From the IMG/VR virus record IMGVR_UViG_3300023174_000053, positions 32,001 through 96,000 of that record: a DNA stretch of 64,000 bases; one strand, written 5' to 3'. This DNA is from a virus. This document shows, piece after piece, positions 37,968 to 48,450 of this stretch. Position numbers and translations under genes: made by a program. Position 1 is the first letter of the stretch. Every line of letters begins with the position of its first letter. The notes under the pieces are model-generated. The model did no database searches, had not been told where the DNA came from, and saw only the letters and a list, made by a program, of their open reading frames with translations.

Positions 37968-39167
37968 TTAAAGTTGAAATCCAGCAAATGTGTCTTTTTC
38001 CACATCTTGTTTAATTCCACCAACCACATAGGACTGAACTTGTGTTTGTTGTGGTGCTACTTGAAGTCCCTTAGAACTAATCCAATGCTCCGTCCAAGGG
38101 AGTGGATTGTTTTTAGCAGCAATATCATAAAGTGGTTTAATACCAATAGACTTCATACGACGATTCGCAATCCACTCAACATAACTCCAAAGAAGTTTGT
38201 CGTTCAATCCAATCATTGAACCATCTTTGAACAAATATTCTGCCCACCTCTTTTCCTCATTTACACAATTCTCAAAAGCACCTTTTACCCATTCCTCTTC
38301 TTCCTTAGCAATTTGTTGCATTTCTGGATCATCTCCTTCACGCCATTTATTGAGGATGTTTTGAGTAATAACAAGGTGCTGATTTTCGTCTCTTGCGATG
38401 AGAGAGATAATTTTAGCGGATCCTTCCATAAGTTTGAGTTCACCAAACGCAAACGAGCAAGCGAAAGAGACATAGAATCTGATACCTTCGAGAATATTGA
38501 CATTTGCTACTGCACGATAGAGTTTTCTTTTGAGTTCATATCTTTCATCCTTTGCAGTTCCAGCACCTTCTTGTGCGTGAACCCAAAGATTTGAGTTTCC
38601 ATAATGTTGTGCGGAATTAATAAAGTCATCATAAGCACCAGTTACTGATGATGCCCGTTCAAGAATTTTTTCATTACTCAAAATAGAATCAAAAACTTCT
38701 GTGGGATCAGAGTAAACATTCTTAATAATGTATGTATAGGAACGACTATGAATCATTTCCATAAATTCCCAAACCTTCATACACGCTTCCAATTCAGGAA
38801 GAGAACAATAGGGAGTAAAAGCCATTCCGGGACCACGACCCTGAACTGAATCCAAAAGAATTTGATACTTCAAATTAGAAGTGAAGATGTGCTTTTGTTC
38901 TGGACGAAGAGTTTGATAATCCGCACGATCTTTCTGCAAAGAAACTTCTTCTGGTCTCCAGAAATATCCCAACTGCTGTTGAGTCAGTTTATCAAAGACT
39001 GGATACTTATAAGTATCATATCTTTGAACTCCAAGAGGAGCACCAAAAAACATAGGTTGCTTTTTGGCATCTACCTCTTGAGTATTAAATACGGTCATTC
39101 CTTCAATCATTTTTTCTTTCTCTGCAGTGGTTCTAAATTTTACAGGATTCACAATCTTCTTCTCCAC
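37968..39167 (-). CDS. nrdB: class Ia ribonucleotide reductase beta subunit
   Basis: FWRPEEV, LDSVQGR, EMIHSRSY, EGIRFYVSF, RDENQH; start uncertain. Confidence 0.96.
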   Translation of the reverse strand: MEKKIVNPVKFRTTAEKEKMIEGMTVFNTQEVDAKKQPMFFGAPLGVQRYDTYKYPVFDKLTQQQLGYFWRPEEVSLQKDRADYQTLRPEQKHIFTSNLKYQILLDSVQGRGPGMAFTPYCSLPELEACMKVWEFMEMIHSRSYTYIIKNVYSDPTEVFDSILSNEKILERASSVTGAYDDFINSAQHYGNSNLWVHAQEGAGTAKDERYELKRKLYRAVANVNILEGIRFYVSFACSFAFGELKLMEGSAKIISLIARDENQHLVITQNILNKWREGDDPEMQQIAKEEEEWVKGAFENCVNEEKRWAEYLFKDGSMIGLNDKLLWSYVEWIANRRMKSIGIKPLYDIAAKNNPLPWTEHWISSKGLQVAPQQTQVQSYVVGGIKQDVEKDTFAGFQL

Positions 39168-41430
39168 CTTCTAAAAGTTCTTTAACTAAATCATCAATAC
39201 TTACTTTATCTTCCTTAACTTCATCAGTCTTATTATCATATGTATTTTGATAATATGCCGTCTTATGCCCCAGTTTAAAACAAGTAAGCATATCTTGTGC
39301 CATTACACTAACAGGAACTTCATTATTGGCATAATTCTCTGGATTATACGACCAGTTTCCAGAAATCGCTTGATCGAAGAATTTCTGCATAACTGCAACA
39401 ATATTAATATACCCACGATTGCTAGGCATATCCCAAAGCAACGTATAGTTGTTTTTAAGATGTTGATACTGTGGAACAATCTGTTTGAGAGGTCCTTTTT
39501 TAGATTTCTTAATTGATAAGAATCCACGAGGAGGTTCAATTCCATTAGTTGCATTTGAAACTACAGAACTTGATTCTGATGGCATTTGTGCTGTAAGAGT
39601 GGAGTGTCTCAATCCAAACTCTTTAATTGACTGTCTTAGTACTTCCCAATCGTGCTGAAGAGGAACAGAAGACACTTCATCTACATCTTTCTTGTAAGTA
39701 TCAATAGGAAGAATACCCTGCGAATATTTAGTACGATTGAAATATTCGCAAGCACCCTTTTCTTTAGCAACTTCATTTGATGCTTTGAGAAGAAAATATT
39801 GGAATGATTCAGACAATTGATGAACTGCATCCCAAGCCTCTTGAGTATCATAATTAAACCCAAGTTTAGCAAGATAATGTGCTAAACCAATATAACCAAC
39901 ACCCAAAGACCTACGTGCTTTAGTTCCAATCTCTGCAGCAACTATAGGATAGTTTTGATAATCAATCAATTCTTCCAAACCACGAACAGAAAGATTGCAA
40001 AGATCCTCAAACTCTTCATCTGATTTTACTTTACCGACATTAATAGCAGAAAGAATGCAAAGTGCAATCTCACCATTAGGGTCATCAATATGTTGAAGTG
40101 GGATTGTTGGAAGTGTAATCTCTTGGCAAAGATTACTCATTTCAACCTTATCAGTAAAGGATGAATGAGAATTACAATGGTCGATATTCATAATGTAAAT
40201 ACGACCTGTTTCAGCACGTTCTTTCAGGAGGTCCAAAAAGAGTTCTTGAGCTCCGATAGTCTTTCTAGGAATAGATTCATTTCGTTCTGCATCAACATAA
40301 AGATCGTCAAATCTATCAGTCCCAAAAGCATCATAAAGACCAGGAACTGCGTGTGGAGAGAAAAGTGAGATTTCTTCGTTTTTAATAAATCGTCCATAGA
40401 ACAGTTTAGAGATTTGGATACTGTAATCTAACTTACGAACACGATTATCCTCCGTACCCTTGTTGTTTTTTAAGACTAGAATGTCTTCGATTTCTTGATG
40501 CCAGATAGGAAAGTGGACTGTAGCAGAACCACCTCTGATGCCGTTTTGTGTGCAGCATCGCACAGTTGCCTCAAACTTTTTAAGGAAGGGGACCACACCT
40601 GTGTGCTGTACCTCTCCGCCTCTGATTTTAGAGTTGATGCCACGGATGCGACCTGCGTTGATGCCGATGCCTGCCCTTTGAGCAACATACCTCCCAATAG
40701 CCATATCACTACTGAAGATGCTATCGAGGGTGTCATCAACATCAACAAGAACACAACTTGCAAATTGACGAAGTGGTGTTCTAACTCCTGCCATAATGGG
40801 AGTTGGGATGTTGATTTTGTGTTTTGAGATTGCGTCATAATACCTCTTCACATATGAGAAACGTGTTTCTTTTGGATATCTAGCAAAAATAGTAGCAGCA
40901 ATCATCATATACATGAACTGTGGAGTTTCATATACTTGACCACTACTGCGATCTTGAACCAAATACTTATCAACTACTTGACGAAGACCAGCATAGGTGA
41001 AAAGATAATCTCTACTATGCTTGATATAACTACCAAGTCTATCAAGTTCTTCTTTCGTATAATTGGTCAAAATTTCTGGATCATAAACTCCAACATCTAC
41101 ACAACTATTAATGTGTTCGACAAAATCAGGATGATCTTGAACTCTTCCGTACAAAGATTTTCTTACAGAAAACAGAAGTAGTCTTGCTGCAACAAACTGA
41201 TAATTTGGATTATCCAAATCAATTAAATCAGAAGCAGAACGAATTAAAATCTCCTGAATTTCTGCTGTGGTGATTCCATCATAAAATTGAATACCAGATT
41301 GCATCTCTACCTGTGATGCAGAAACACCAGAGAGGTCTCTACATGCCTCCTCAACCATCAAGTGAAGTTTATTTAGATCAAGAGGTTCATTATCACCACT
41401 TCTCTTAACTACTTTTGTACCGTTGCTCAT
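39133..41430 (-). CDS. nrdA: class Ia ribonucleotide reductase alpha subunit
   Basis: ATP cone, FASCVL, SNLCQEI, KTAYY, C-terminal CESCKI. Confidence 0.97.
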   Translation of the reverse strand: MSNGTKVVKRSGDNEPLDLNKLHLMVEEACRDLSGVSASQVEMQSGIQFYDGITTAEIQEILIRSASDLIDLDNPNYQFVAARLLLFSVRKSLYGRVQDHPDFVEHINSCVDVGVYDPEILTNYTKEELDRLGSYIKHSRDYLFTYAGLRQVVDKYLVQDRSSGQVYETPQFMYMMIAATIFARYPKETRFSYVKRYYDAISKHKINIPTPIMAGVRTPLRQFASCVLVDVDDTLDSIFSSDMAIGRYVAQRAGIGINAGRIRGINSKIRGGEVQHTGVVPFLKKFEATVRCCTQNGIRGGSATVHFPIWHQEIEDILVLKNNKGTEDNRVRKLDYSIQISKLFYGRFIKNEEISLFSPHAVPGLYDAFGTDRFDDLYVDAERNESIPRKTIGAQELFLDLLKERAETGRIYIMNIDHCNSHSSFTDKVEMSNLCQEITLPTIPLQHIDDPNGEIALCILSAINVGKVKSDEEFEDLCNLSVRGLEELIDYQNYPIVAAEIGTKARRSLGVGYIGLAHYLAKLGFNYDTQEAWDAVHQLSESFQYFLLKASNEVAKEKGACEYFNRTKYSQGILPIDTYKKDVDEVSSVPLQHDWEVLRQSIKEFGLRHSTLTAQMPSESSSVVSNATNGIEPPRGFLSIKKSKKGPLKQIVPQYQHLKNNYTLLWDMPSNRGYINIVAVMQKFFDQAISGNWSYNPENYANNEVPVSVMAQDMLTCFKLGHKTAYYQNTYDNKTDEVKEDKVSIDDLVKELLEGGEEDCESCKI

Positions 41431-42428
41431 ACTCGTTTCCATCCAATAAGTTTTGCTTTTGCTTCTAGTCCCATATAAGTATTTTCCTTGATGATTTTTG
41501 GGGCATCAATTCCTGATAGGATCATATCATTAATATCCTTTTCTTTCAAGTCATTTGGCCAAATGACAATTGGAAATCGCATTTGTATTGCTTTTTCCAT
41601 TCTATCAACAATTTGTTTATTCCGTTTTTCATTATCATATACCATTACAAAATCTGTTCCAAAGTTAGAAACAAAAAACATTTTGTCAATGTCTGCACCA
41701 ACCATAGCAATTGAATTATCTAAAAACATACTATCAAATGGTCCTTCAACAACATAAACAGTTTTATCGTAATCTGGTTTATCCAAATTGTAAATTTTTG
41801 GATGTGTATCATTAAGAATAATTGTAATGTATTTTACCTTTGAGTTTTTATTTAAACTACGACCTTGAAATCCAAATATTTCTCCTTTATTGATTAAAGG
41901 AATAATGATTCGTGGTTCGTCCTTTTCTACTTTATCAAATGTGTGTTTTTGAGTATTCGTCCATTCTTTAAACTTCTCACAGAAATACAATTCACGCAGA
42001 TAGTTGTTGGGTATCTTTCTATCTTCTAGGTATTTTCTTGCGGAGTGTTCTTTATTTAGTTCTGCGATAGTAGGTAGGTCAAATGCCTTTTTTGAAAAGT
42101 TTGGTTTCTCAAAATTAAACTCTGGGTTCTTTGTTTGTGATCCTCTTCCTGTTATTCCCTCTTTATATCTCTCCATTACATACTGGTCGTAAAGAACAGT
42201 ATCCATATCTTTTAGAAAGTTTGTAAAAGTTCTAGAAGTCCCACAATTATGACATTTGAAATTGTGATCATTCTTTAATTGGTAAATATACCCTCTTGTT
42301 TTACTCTTTGTCTTTTGACTATCACCACAGTAAGGACACCGAAAGTTATAAAGACCTTCTTTCTTCTTAGCAAACTTATCCAGTCGGGAAGAAACCAACC
42401 CGATATATTTGGAATCAACAAAACTCAT
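41427..42428 (-). CDS. DNA primase gp61
   Basis: CPYCGDS..CHNC zinc ribbon, VVEGPFDSMF, YDNE. Confidence 0.95.
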   Translation of the reverse strand: MSFVDSKYIGLVSSRLDKFAKKKEGLYNFRCPYCGDSQKTKSKTRGYIYQLKNDHNFKCHNCGTSRTFTNFLKDMDTVLYDQYVMERYKEGITGRGSQTKNPEFNFEKPNFSKKAFDLPTIAELNKEHSARKYLEDRKIPNNYLRELYFCEKFKEWTNTQKHTFDKVEKDEPRIIIPLINKGEIFGFQGRSLNKNSKVKYITIILNDTHPKIYNLDKPDYDKTVYVVEGPFDSMFLDNSIAMVGADIDKMFFVSNFGTDFVMVYDNEKRNKQIVDRMEKAIQMRFPIVIWPNDLKEKDINDMILSGIDAPKIIKENTYMGLEAKAKLIGWKRV

Positions 42429-42440
42429 TACAAAAGAATA

Positions 42441-42872
42441 CTATTTCAGTCTCTCTATTCTACCGTTGTCTTGTGCTGGTGTCAAGATTTTTCCAAAGAA
42501 ATCTGCGTTTCTAACTACAAATGATAAGCAAAATACTATTCCAATACCTATCCAAACTTTCTTTTCTAATCCCTGCAACTTTGCCAATACCGCAGTATGG
42601 TCTTTATCCATTTTATCCTTTATCTGATCAATCTTCGTAAAGATTATATCTTCTATCTTTTCCCCATTATTAATCTTTTCTTCATGAACTACAAGCATTT
42701 TAGTTACATTTGCATTTACTTCACTTATCTTTTCAATCGCACTCTCAATACGTTGCATCAATTGCTCACTTGTATGGATTTTCTCCTCAAGGATTGCAAC
42801 CTTTGTTTCTATTGTTTGAGGGGGACTATACATTGGATTGATTATGGTTGTGGGTTTCTTCGTTGTAACCAA
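42441..42872 (-). CDS. coiled-coil protein with C-terminal TM helix
   Basis: Heptads, LVVHEEKI, LEKKVWIGIGIV. Confidence 0.75.
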   Translation of the reverse strand: MVTTKKPTTIINPMYSPPQTIETKVAILEEKIHTSEQLMQRIESAIEKISEVNANVTKMLVVHEEKINNGEKIEDIIFTKIDQIKDKMDKDHTAVLAKLQGLEKKVWIGIGIVFCLSFVVRNADFFGKILTPAQDNGRIERLK

Positions 42873-43066
42873 TTTTTGCGGAATCCCGCTCCATATATGT
42901 ATTTATTCTTCTTTCTTACTGGGGGATTATCTGGTGGAAGACCCGCTATATTTATTTGACCTGGTGGGTTTGTAGAGTTTGTATGAGCAGCAGATACAGA
43001 CATTCCATCTTCAACAATATAATGCCTTACAATTGAAATAATTCTGTCTAGGGTAGATTCTTTCAT
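42842..43066 (-). CDS. hypothetical protein
   Basis: IAGLPPDNPPVRKK. Confidence 0.7.
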   Translation of the reverse strand: MKESTLDRIISIVRHYIVEDGMSVSAAHTNSTNPPGQINIAGLPPDNPPVRKKNKYIYGAGFRKNWLQRRNPQP

Positions 43067-43437
43067 TAGATTAAATTAAGTTGTTCTAAACATTCTATAT
43101 CAATTGGAATATTATGAATTTTGGTTTTTGGAACTTCCGGCAATCTTCCAAGATAAACTACAAAAGTTTTTACAATACTCCAAAATTCACCATCTATTTT
43201 ATAAAACAATAAAGGTGTTGCTGCATCACCAAAAACATTATAAAGAATAATAAAATGATTAATCAAAAGGTGAGCGTTTAGCTCACCCGTTGTTTTATGT
43301 CTTTTCAATAATCTTTTTATCCACTTGAATCTTTTTAGGTCCTCATAAAAATCATCTTTGGTTGCAGCCTGTGGATTATCATAATGTTTAATAGCAAACA
43401 TCAAATAATTATCTTCATTCAACTCATCAAATCTCAT
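43066..43437 (-). CDS. conserved T4-like phage hypothetical protein
   Basis: FAIKHYDNP, EDLKRFKWIKRL, NHFIILYNVFG. Confidence 0.85.
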   Translation of the reverse strand: MRFDELNEDNYLMFAIKHYDNPQAATKDDFYEDLKRFKWIKRLLKRHKTTGELNAHLLINHFIILYNVFGDAATPLLFYKIDGEFWSIVKTFVVYLGRLPEVPKTKIHNIPIDIECLEQLNLI

Positions 43438-43445
43438 ATTTTATT

Positions 43446-44474
43446 TTATCTAACAGTTAATGTGGTAGTTCCAAGTCCAACTCCAGAAGTTGTTCCGGCA
43501 CCAGCAACGTTGCGGAGAATAACGTCTCCAAATTGTGAGGTGAATGAACTGATTACTCCAACACCATTTGAACCATCGGTAATTACACCAACAAATCCAC
43601 TTGAAATATCAATAAACAATTTAGTAGCAACAGTTCTTGTGCTGAATGTAACAACAGTTCCAATACCAATCACAGATGAGACTGTAGATGCCGTTCCAAT
43701 TGTAACAAAGGTATCACCAACAGCAACTACTGATCTTGTTGTGATCGCAGTTCCCACAGTAATTGAACTTCCTGCCGAAACTCCAGTCAAACTACCAACA
43801 TAAATTACAGTAGAACCAGCAGCAACTGTGGTATTAATAGTAGTGCTTAAGAATGAAACGTTTGTGGTAAGACCTACACTTGGACTCGTAAACGCAAATG
43901 CTACTCTGTTTGTAATTTGACCGTTGAAACTTGTATATACTCCTGGTGATCCGTGAGTAGCAGCGTATCCCGCCCAAGCATATTGAGTGCCGGTGTTTGA
44001 TGCAGCATATCCAATAATTGATGTCGATTCATTATTATTGTTTGCGTCAAAAGTACGAATTTTAACTGTTGCTCCAGCACCAGCAAAAACAAGTTCATTA
44101 AACACAACGTGAACATAACCAGTAGTATTTGTAGCAATACCAGTAGTTGCTCCACCACCAACAGAAATTGGTGATGCTTGGTTGGGGTCTTCAAAGAACA
44201 CCGCAACTGGACCAGCAGTTCCAATACCAGCAGATTGACTATTAACACCAACATTAGTAGCATTCAATCCAGTAACATCAACCAAGATTTCGTCAAAATA
44301 ACGAGTAGAAATTCCAGAATTCTCTCTAGTCTTGTATCTTCTTTGAACCCAACCACGAACATCTGCAAAAGTATTCCAAGGACTTGTGTTACGATCAGTC
44401 TCAAGTTGGAATTTTGGAATAGCGTATTTGTTTGCCGCAGTTTCCGATGTTGTTGAAATACCCCAAAGTGCCAT
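43446..44474 (-). CDS. probable virion structural protein
   Basis: MALWG N-terminus, G/T/V-rich with GIGT motifs, TATAAATA at 44505-44512. Confidence 0.7.
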   Translation of the reverse strand: MALWGISTTSETAANKYAIPKFQLETDRNTSPWNTFADVRGWVQRRYKTRENSGISTRYFDEILVDVTGLNATNVGVNSQSAGIGTAGPVAVFFEDPNQASPISVGGGATTGIATNTTGYVHVVFNELVFAGAGATVKIRTFDANNNNESTSIIGYAASNTGTQYAWAGYAATHGSPGVYTSFNGQITNRVAFAFTSPSVGLTTNVSFLSTTINTTVAAGSTVIYVGSLTGVSAGSSITVGTAITTRSVVAVGDTFVTIGTASTVSSVIGIGTVVTFSTRTVATKLFIDISSGFVGVITDGSNGVGVISSFTSQFGDVILRNVAGAGTTSGVGLGTTTLTVR

Positions 44475-44562
44475 GTGATTTCTCGTTAATTTTTTTCCTA
44501 AACTTATTTATAAAAACAGGGGAGTATCAAACTCCCCAAAAATAATGGTCTTTAGTTATTTA

Positions 44563-46515
44563 TCAACAATTCCACTTTCTTAATGAAAGTGCTTTTCTTG
44601 TTGGTCTTCCTTTTTCATCTTTCATAGGACCAGGCATTCCACCCATACGGGCACAGAATGACTTTCTACGATTTGCTGCTTTACTACCTTTTTTAAGTTT
44701 TGATGGTTCTGTTGTAACCGCAAGTGAAAGATGAGACCCAGGATGCTCCCTACGATAAGAAGCAATACCTTTTTTGTTTAGTCCACCCTCGGGGTTCTTT
44801 CCTTCCTTACGTTGCCAAGCAGCACTTTCCTCTCCAATAATTCCCGAATTCAATTGAAAGTTTTTTTTCTTTTTTGCGTCTATTGCTTTTTTAATAATCA
44901 TCATCGCAAGAACTTTTTTCTTATCATCCTCACATCCACATTCTTCTGTTACATCTTTGTTCTTTTTCTTTTTCTTTTTCTTTGGTTTTTCAACATCGGC
45001 ATTCACTTGTTTCATTAGTTTCAAAACACCAGCAGTTCTATTTATTCTTTCACTTGGAGAAAGAGATGAAAAAGGTTCACGAGAATGCTGACGGAAAGTT
45101 TCATATTCATCATCATATCCTTCCGAAACAGGTTCAGTTTCACCAGACATATAATCAGCAACAGTATCAATATGATCTGCTGCTTTTGAGATTTTAGATT
45201 GAACCCAAGCAGGAAGTTGTTGATTTGGAGATTTTATTTTTTTACGAAGAGTTTTGACTGCTCTTTCCATCGTAGCAAGTTCATTATGAGCCATTCCACC
45301 TTCTTGGTCCTTTTCCTCTTTCATATTTGGATTGAGTTCAACTTTATTTTTACCACGCATTACATCAATAATTTTTTTCCTTTTTGCTTCTTTATCTTCA
45401 ACTTCAGCAACAAATTCTTCCCTTGAAAAAATTTTACCCACATTAGATAATGCCTTAGTATAAGCAGTTGCTGATGAATCATTAGAACTAATTGGTTCTT
45501 CACTACTACTTGAAGAACTTTGAGAGTTTGAACTATTGTCCCCATCACCCAATTTATTCTTAACTGTTTTTTTAATTACATTAGATACTTTAGACCCAAG
45601 ACCAGTTTCCCCAGCAGCTGCTGCTCTTCCTGCCCCAGAGGCAACAGATGCGGCCTCAGCAGCACCACCCGCTTCCAATGCAGCAAGAAGTGCTGGTAGG
45701 AACTCATGTAGATTTTCTATAGAGTTATTTTCTGAGAGTAGTTCTTCTCTCCAATCAAAATATTTTTCTTTGATCGTTGGTGGTTTGGGTGGTTTAGGTG
45801 CCTTGAGTGGTATAGGAGAAGAACGTTTTCCTTCGATTTCTGATGCTTCTTTCTTTGCCTTGTGTCTTGCTATACCATAATGAATTCCTGCTTTCGCAAC
45901 TCCACCAAAAAGAGACCCCACATTTCCAATTGCCTTTGTATAAGCAGTCGCATCACTATCTTTATATGAGATTGATTGTGGTTTACTAATACTAGAAAGA
46001 GCAGCACTCGCAGCTTTTCTTGGACTATCTTTAATGTCTTTTAATTGCTTCTTTTTTCTTTCTTCAGCATTTTTTTGAGCTTGATCTATAACCCACTTGG
46101 AATGTGCTCCTTTTCTTTTAGCTTCTTGTTCTCTTGTGGTTTGATGTCTTTCTCTTACTTTTACGTCTCTTTCTCGTAATTTTAGTTCTTCTGGGCTTAA
46201 TCTATTTCTTTTTTTCTGTTCTTTTGCTGAAACCTCACGAGTCTTTTTGTGTATATCGTAAGTCCTTTCTAATCTACCTGCCCTTTCTGGACCTGTTTCT
46301 TCTCCATCATCATCATATCCTGGAGCAATATATGTTTTATTAGATTGTCTAAATTGATTGGCTTTATTTCTATTTTTTTGATTTGGAGTTTTACCACTTC
46401 CTGGTAATTTTTCAGTTGGTTCATAATATCTTTCATAAACATCACAAAATTCATCCAAAGTATAATCTTTGTTTCTATCTCTTGCTTCAGCAATAATTTC
46501 GTTCCAAGGTCTCAT
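44563..46515 (-). CDS. large modular late protein
   Basis: Modules LPAWVQSKISKAADHI and AWQRKEGKNPEGGLN...RRKSFCARM; internal repeat DATAYTKAIGNVG / SATAYTKALSNVG. Confidence 0.8.
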   Translation of the reverse strand: MRPWNEIIAEARDRNKDYTLDEFCDVYERYYEPTEKLPGSGKTPNQKNRNKANQFRQSNKTYIAPGYDDDGEETGPERAGRLERTYDIHKKTREVSAKEQKKRNRLSPEELKLRERDVKVRERHQTTREQEAKRKGAHSKWVIDQAQKNAEERKKKQLKDIKDSPRKAASAALSSISKPQSISYKDSDATAYTKAIGNVGSLFGGVAKAGIHYGIARHKAKKEASEIEGKRSSPIPLKAPKPPKPPTIKEKYFDWREELLSENNSIENLHEFLPALLAALEAGGAAEAASVASGAGRAAAAGETGLGSKVSNVIKKTVKNKLGDGDNSSNSQSSSSSSEEPISSNDSSATAYTKALSNVGKIFSREEFVAEVEDKEAKRKKIIDVMRGKNKVELNPNMKEEKDQEGGMAHNELATMERAVKTLRKKIKSPNQQLPAWVQSKISKAADHIDTVADYMSGETEPVSEGYDDEYETFRQHSREPFSSLSPSERINRTAGVLKLMKQVNADVEKPKKKKKKKNKDVTEECGCEDDKKKVLAMMIIKKAIDAKKKKNFQLNSGIIGEESAAWQRKEGKNPEGGLNKKGIASYRREHPGSHLSLAVTTEPSKLKKGSKAANRRKSFCARMGGMPGPMKDEKGRPTRKALSLRKWNC

Positions 46516-46551
46516 TTTGCTTAGATACTTCTTTTCTTACTTGTATTTATC

Positions 46552-47610
46552 TTATTCGTAAAGTTCATGAACATCCTTCAACCAACTCTTAAACATCACA
46601 CCTTCTTTCGTTACACAAATTAAATGATTTGCTCCTCTACGAAGAATTCTTCCGACCAATCCACTATTTAAGTTTTCAACTAAAGAACCAACATCAAATA
46701 ATCCATTCTTCTTATAATTCCATCTCATTCCCTCATAATCCAATTCTGGGGCAATCTTCCAAATTTCAGTATCTTCAGTTACTTTCATTGAACGAGAAAC
46801 GGTATTGAACATTTCCTGTTTCTCTGCGGTATCCATATTTGCTGGAAGTCCAGTAGCAAATCTTTCATAATCTCCCATTGCTGCTGCTGTTCTCATCATC
46901 GCAGAAGAACCAGGACTTTCAACATCACTATCAGGGTCTTTCACACCAGATGGGACTACCTCAATATTATTAAACTGATATTGTTGTCCGTCTCCTTTGT
47001 GAACTAAACTTTGGAATTCTCCAAGTCTGTCTTGTCCCGTTACAATCACAACATCAGTATAACCATCATTATATACAGAACCCAAAACATCAAAAATAGT
47101 TTTTGTTTTATCACTATCTACAATATATTCCGCATACTCTGGGAACATAGATTGTAGATAAGAAATCTTTAATCCTGGATTGAGTGGATTTGTTGCTCCA
47201 TCTTCAATACGACTTGGATAAACTCTAAACTCAAATTTTCTTCGAGTTGCTTGTGAATATCCTGCCTTTAATAATGCTCCGTGATTTTTGGATGGAGGAT
47301 TGAATCTGCCAATCACAATCGCAACACCATTAACCTGCTCTGCTTCTGGTTGCTGTTGCTGTGTTGCTTGTCGTTGTGGTGCTGTTTGTTGCTGTTGTGC
47401 TCCTGCCTGTTTCTTTGCTCCTTGTTGCTGTTGAGCACCAGCACCACCTTGACCGAAATACTTTAACTTTCCACCTACAGTTTTTGCTACAAGATTTCCT
47501 TGATTATCATACCAATCACCATGACCATCTCCTTTAAGTCCGCGATTCTTTGCTTCAGTAGACGCAAGTGTTTCTACTGCTTCTTTGATAAATCTAGCAA
47601 AACTTTTCAT
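46552..47610 (-). CDS. cytidyltransferase-like (HIGH-superfamily) protein
   Basis: GRFNPP..HG.L, TGQDR, SAMMR; capsid-targeting-like N-terminus MKSFARFIKEA. Confidence 0.8.
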   Translation of the reverse strand: MKSFARFIKEAVETLASTEAKNRGLKGDGHGDWYDNQGNLVAKTVGGKLKYFGQGGAGAQQQQGAKKQAGAQQQQTAPQRQATQQQQPEAEQVNGVAIVIGRFNPPSKNHGALLKAGYSQATRRKFEFRVYPSRIEDGATNPLNPGLKISYLQSMFPEYAEYIVDSDKTKTIFDVLGSVYNDGYTDVVIVTGQDRLGEFQSLVHKGDGQQYQFNNIEVVPSGVKDPDSDVESPGSSAMMRTAAAMGDYERFATGLPANMDTAEKQEMFNTVSRSMKVTEDTEIWKIAPELDYEGMRWNYKKNGLFDVGSLVENLNSGLVGRILRRGANHLICVTKEGVMFKSWLKDVHELYE

Positions 47611-47638
47611 TTATATTATATTTTTAGTTATTTATTCA

Positions 47639-48403
47639 CTAGAAACTACTATGAAGTAATTTCAAATCATTAGCATCATCTAATGAAAAATTACTTCTCG
47701 CAACACCATCACTTTTTAATGTTAATGTTGGTCTAAATGTTCCATTACTAGTACTTGATTTCCCCCTAATCACCAAACTAGCAGACGATGGAGCAAATCT
47801 TGGAATATCAATTGGAAGTTTTGAATTCAAACCCATTTTATCACTACCAAGAATATAAAATCCTTCATTTTTTATCTGTATATAATTAATACCCTTACTA
47901 TTATAATAAAATATAATTTTAGAAACAACATCTGGTCCAGATGCTATTGTTGTTTGTGGGAATGGATTTGAACTTCCAGTCTTTTCAGTTAAAAGTTTTT
48001 CGTAATATAAAATCTTAGCAAGATTTTGATTATTAACAATTTCTTGTAATTCAGTCGCAGACAACTTATTTCCTGGTAATCCCCAAGCTTGTTGTATTTT
48101 TCTATCTACATCATATTGCGAATAGAGATAATTATACAAACTAACTATTGATTGTGGTTCTGTTCCATCAAATTTTGCCACCCAAGAAGTTCCATTAAAA
48201 GTTATTGCCTTCTGTCCAAAGTCAGACTGTGTGGTTGTTTTTGCTTCAACCAAAAGTGCCTGCCCTGGATTAGTAGCAGAAGGTATAGTTAGGTCTGGAC
48301 CACTTCCAAATCCAGCATTTTTTGGAATATTTTTAAAAACTGATTTTAATTTATTCCTAAGGGTAATCTCATATTGTTTTCCTGCTAGTGCTGGATTAGA
48401 CAT
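47639..48403 (-). CDS. putative PD-(D/E)XK nuclease
   Basis: YE...GPDL...LVEAK...DFGQ. Confidence 0.6.
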   Translation of the reverse strand: MSNPALAGKQYEITLRNKLKSVFKNIPKNAGFGSGPDLTIPSATNPGQALLVEAKTTTQSDFGQKAITFNGTSWVAKFDGTEPQSIVSLYNYLYSQYDVDRKIQQAWGLPGNKLSATELQEIVNNQNLAKILYYEKLLTEKTGSSNPFPQTTIASGPDVVSKIIFYYNSKGINYIQIKNEGFYILGSDKMGLNSKLPIDIPRFAPSSASLVIRGKSSTSNGTFRPTLTLKSDGVARSNFSLDDANDLKLLHSSF

Positions 48404-48450
48404 ACAAAAAATCCCATCTTTCTTATATTTAGAAAGAGGGGATATATTTT

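Noticed and set aside
37968-41430. Introns or inteins in nrdA/nrdB
   Set aside because: Both are continuous ORFs of normal length
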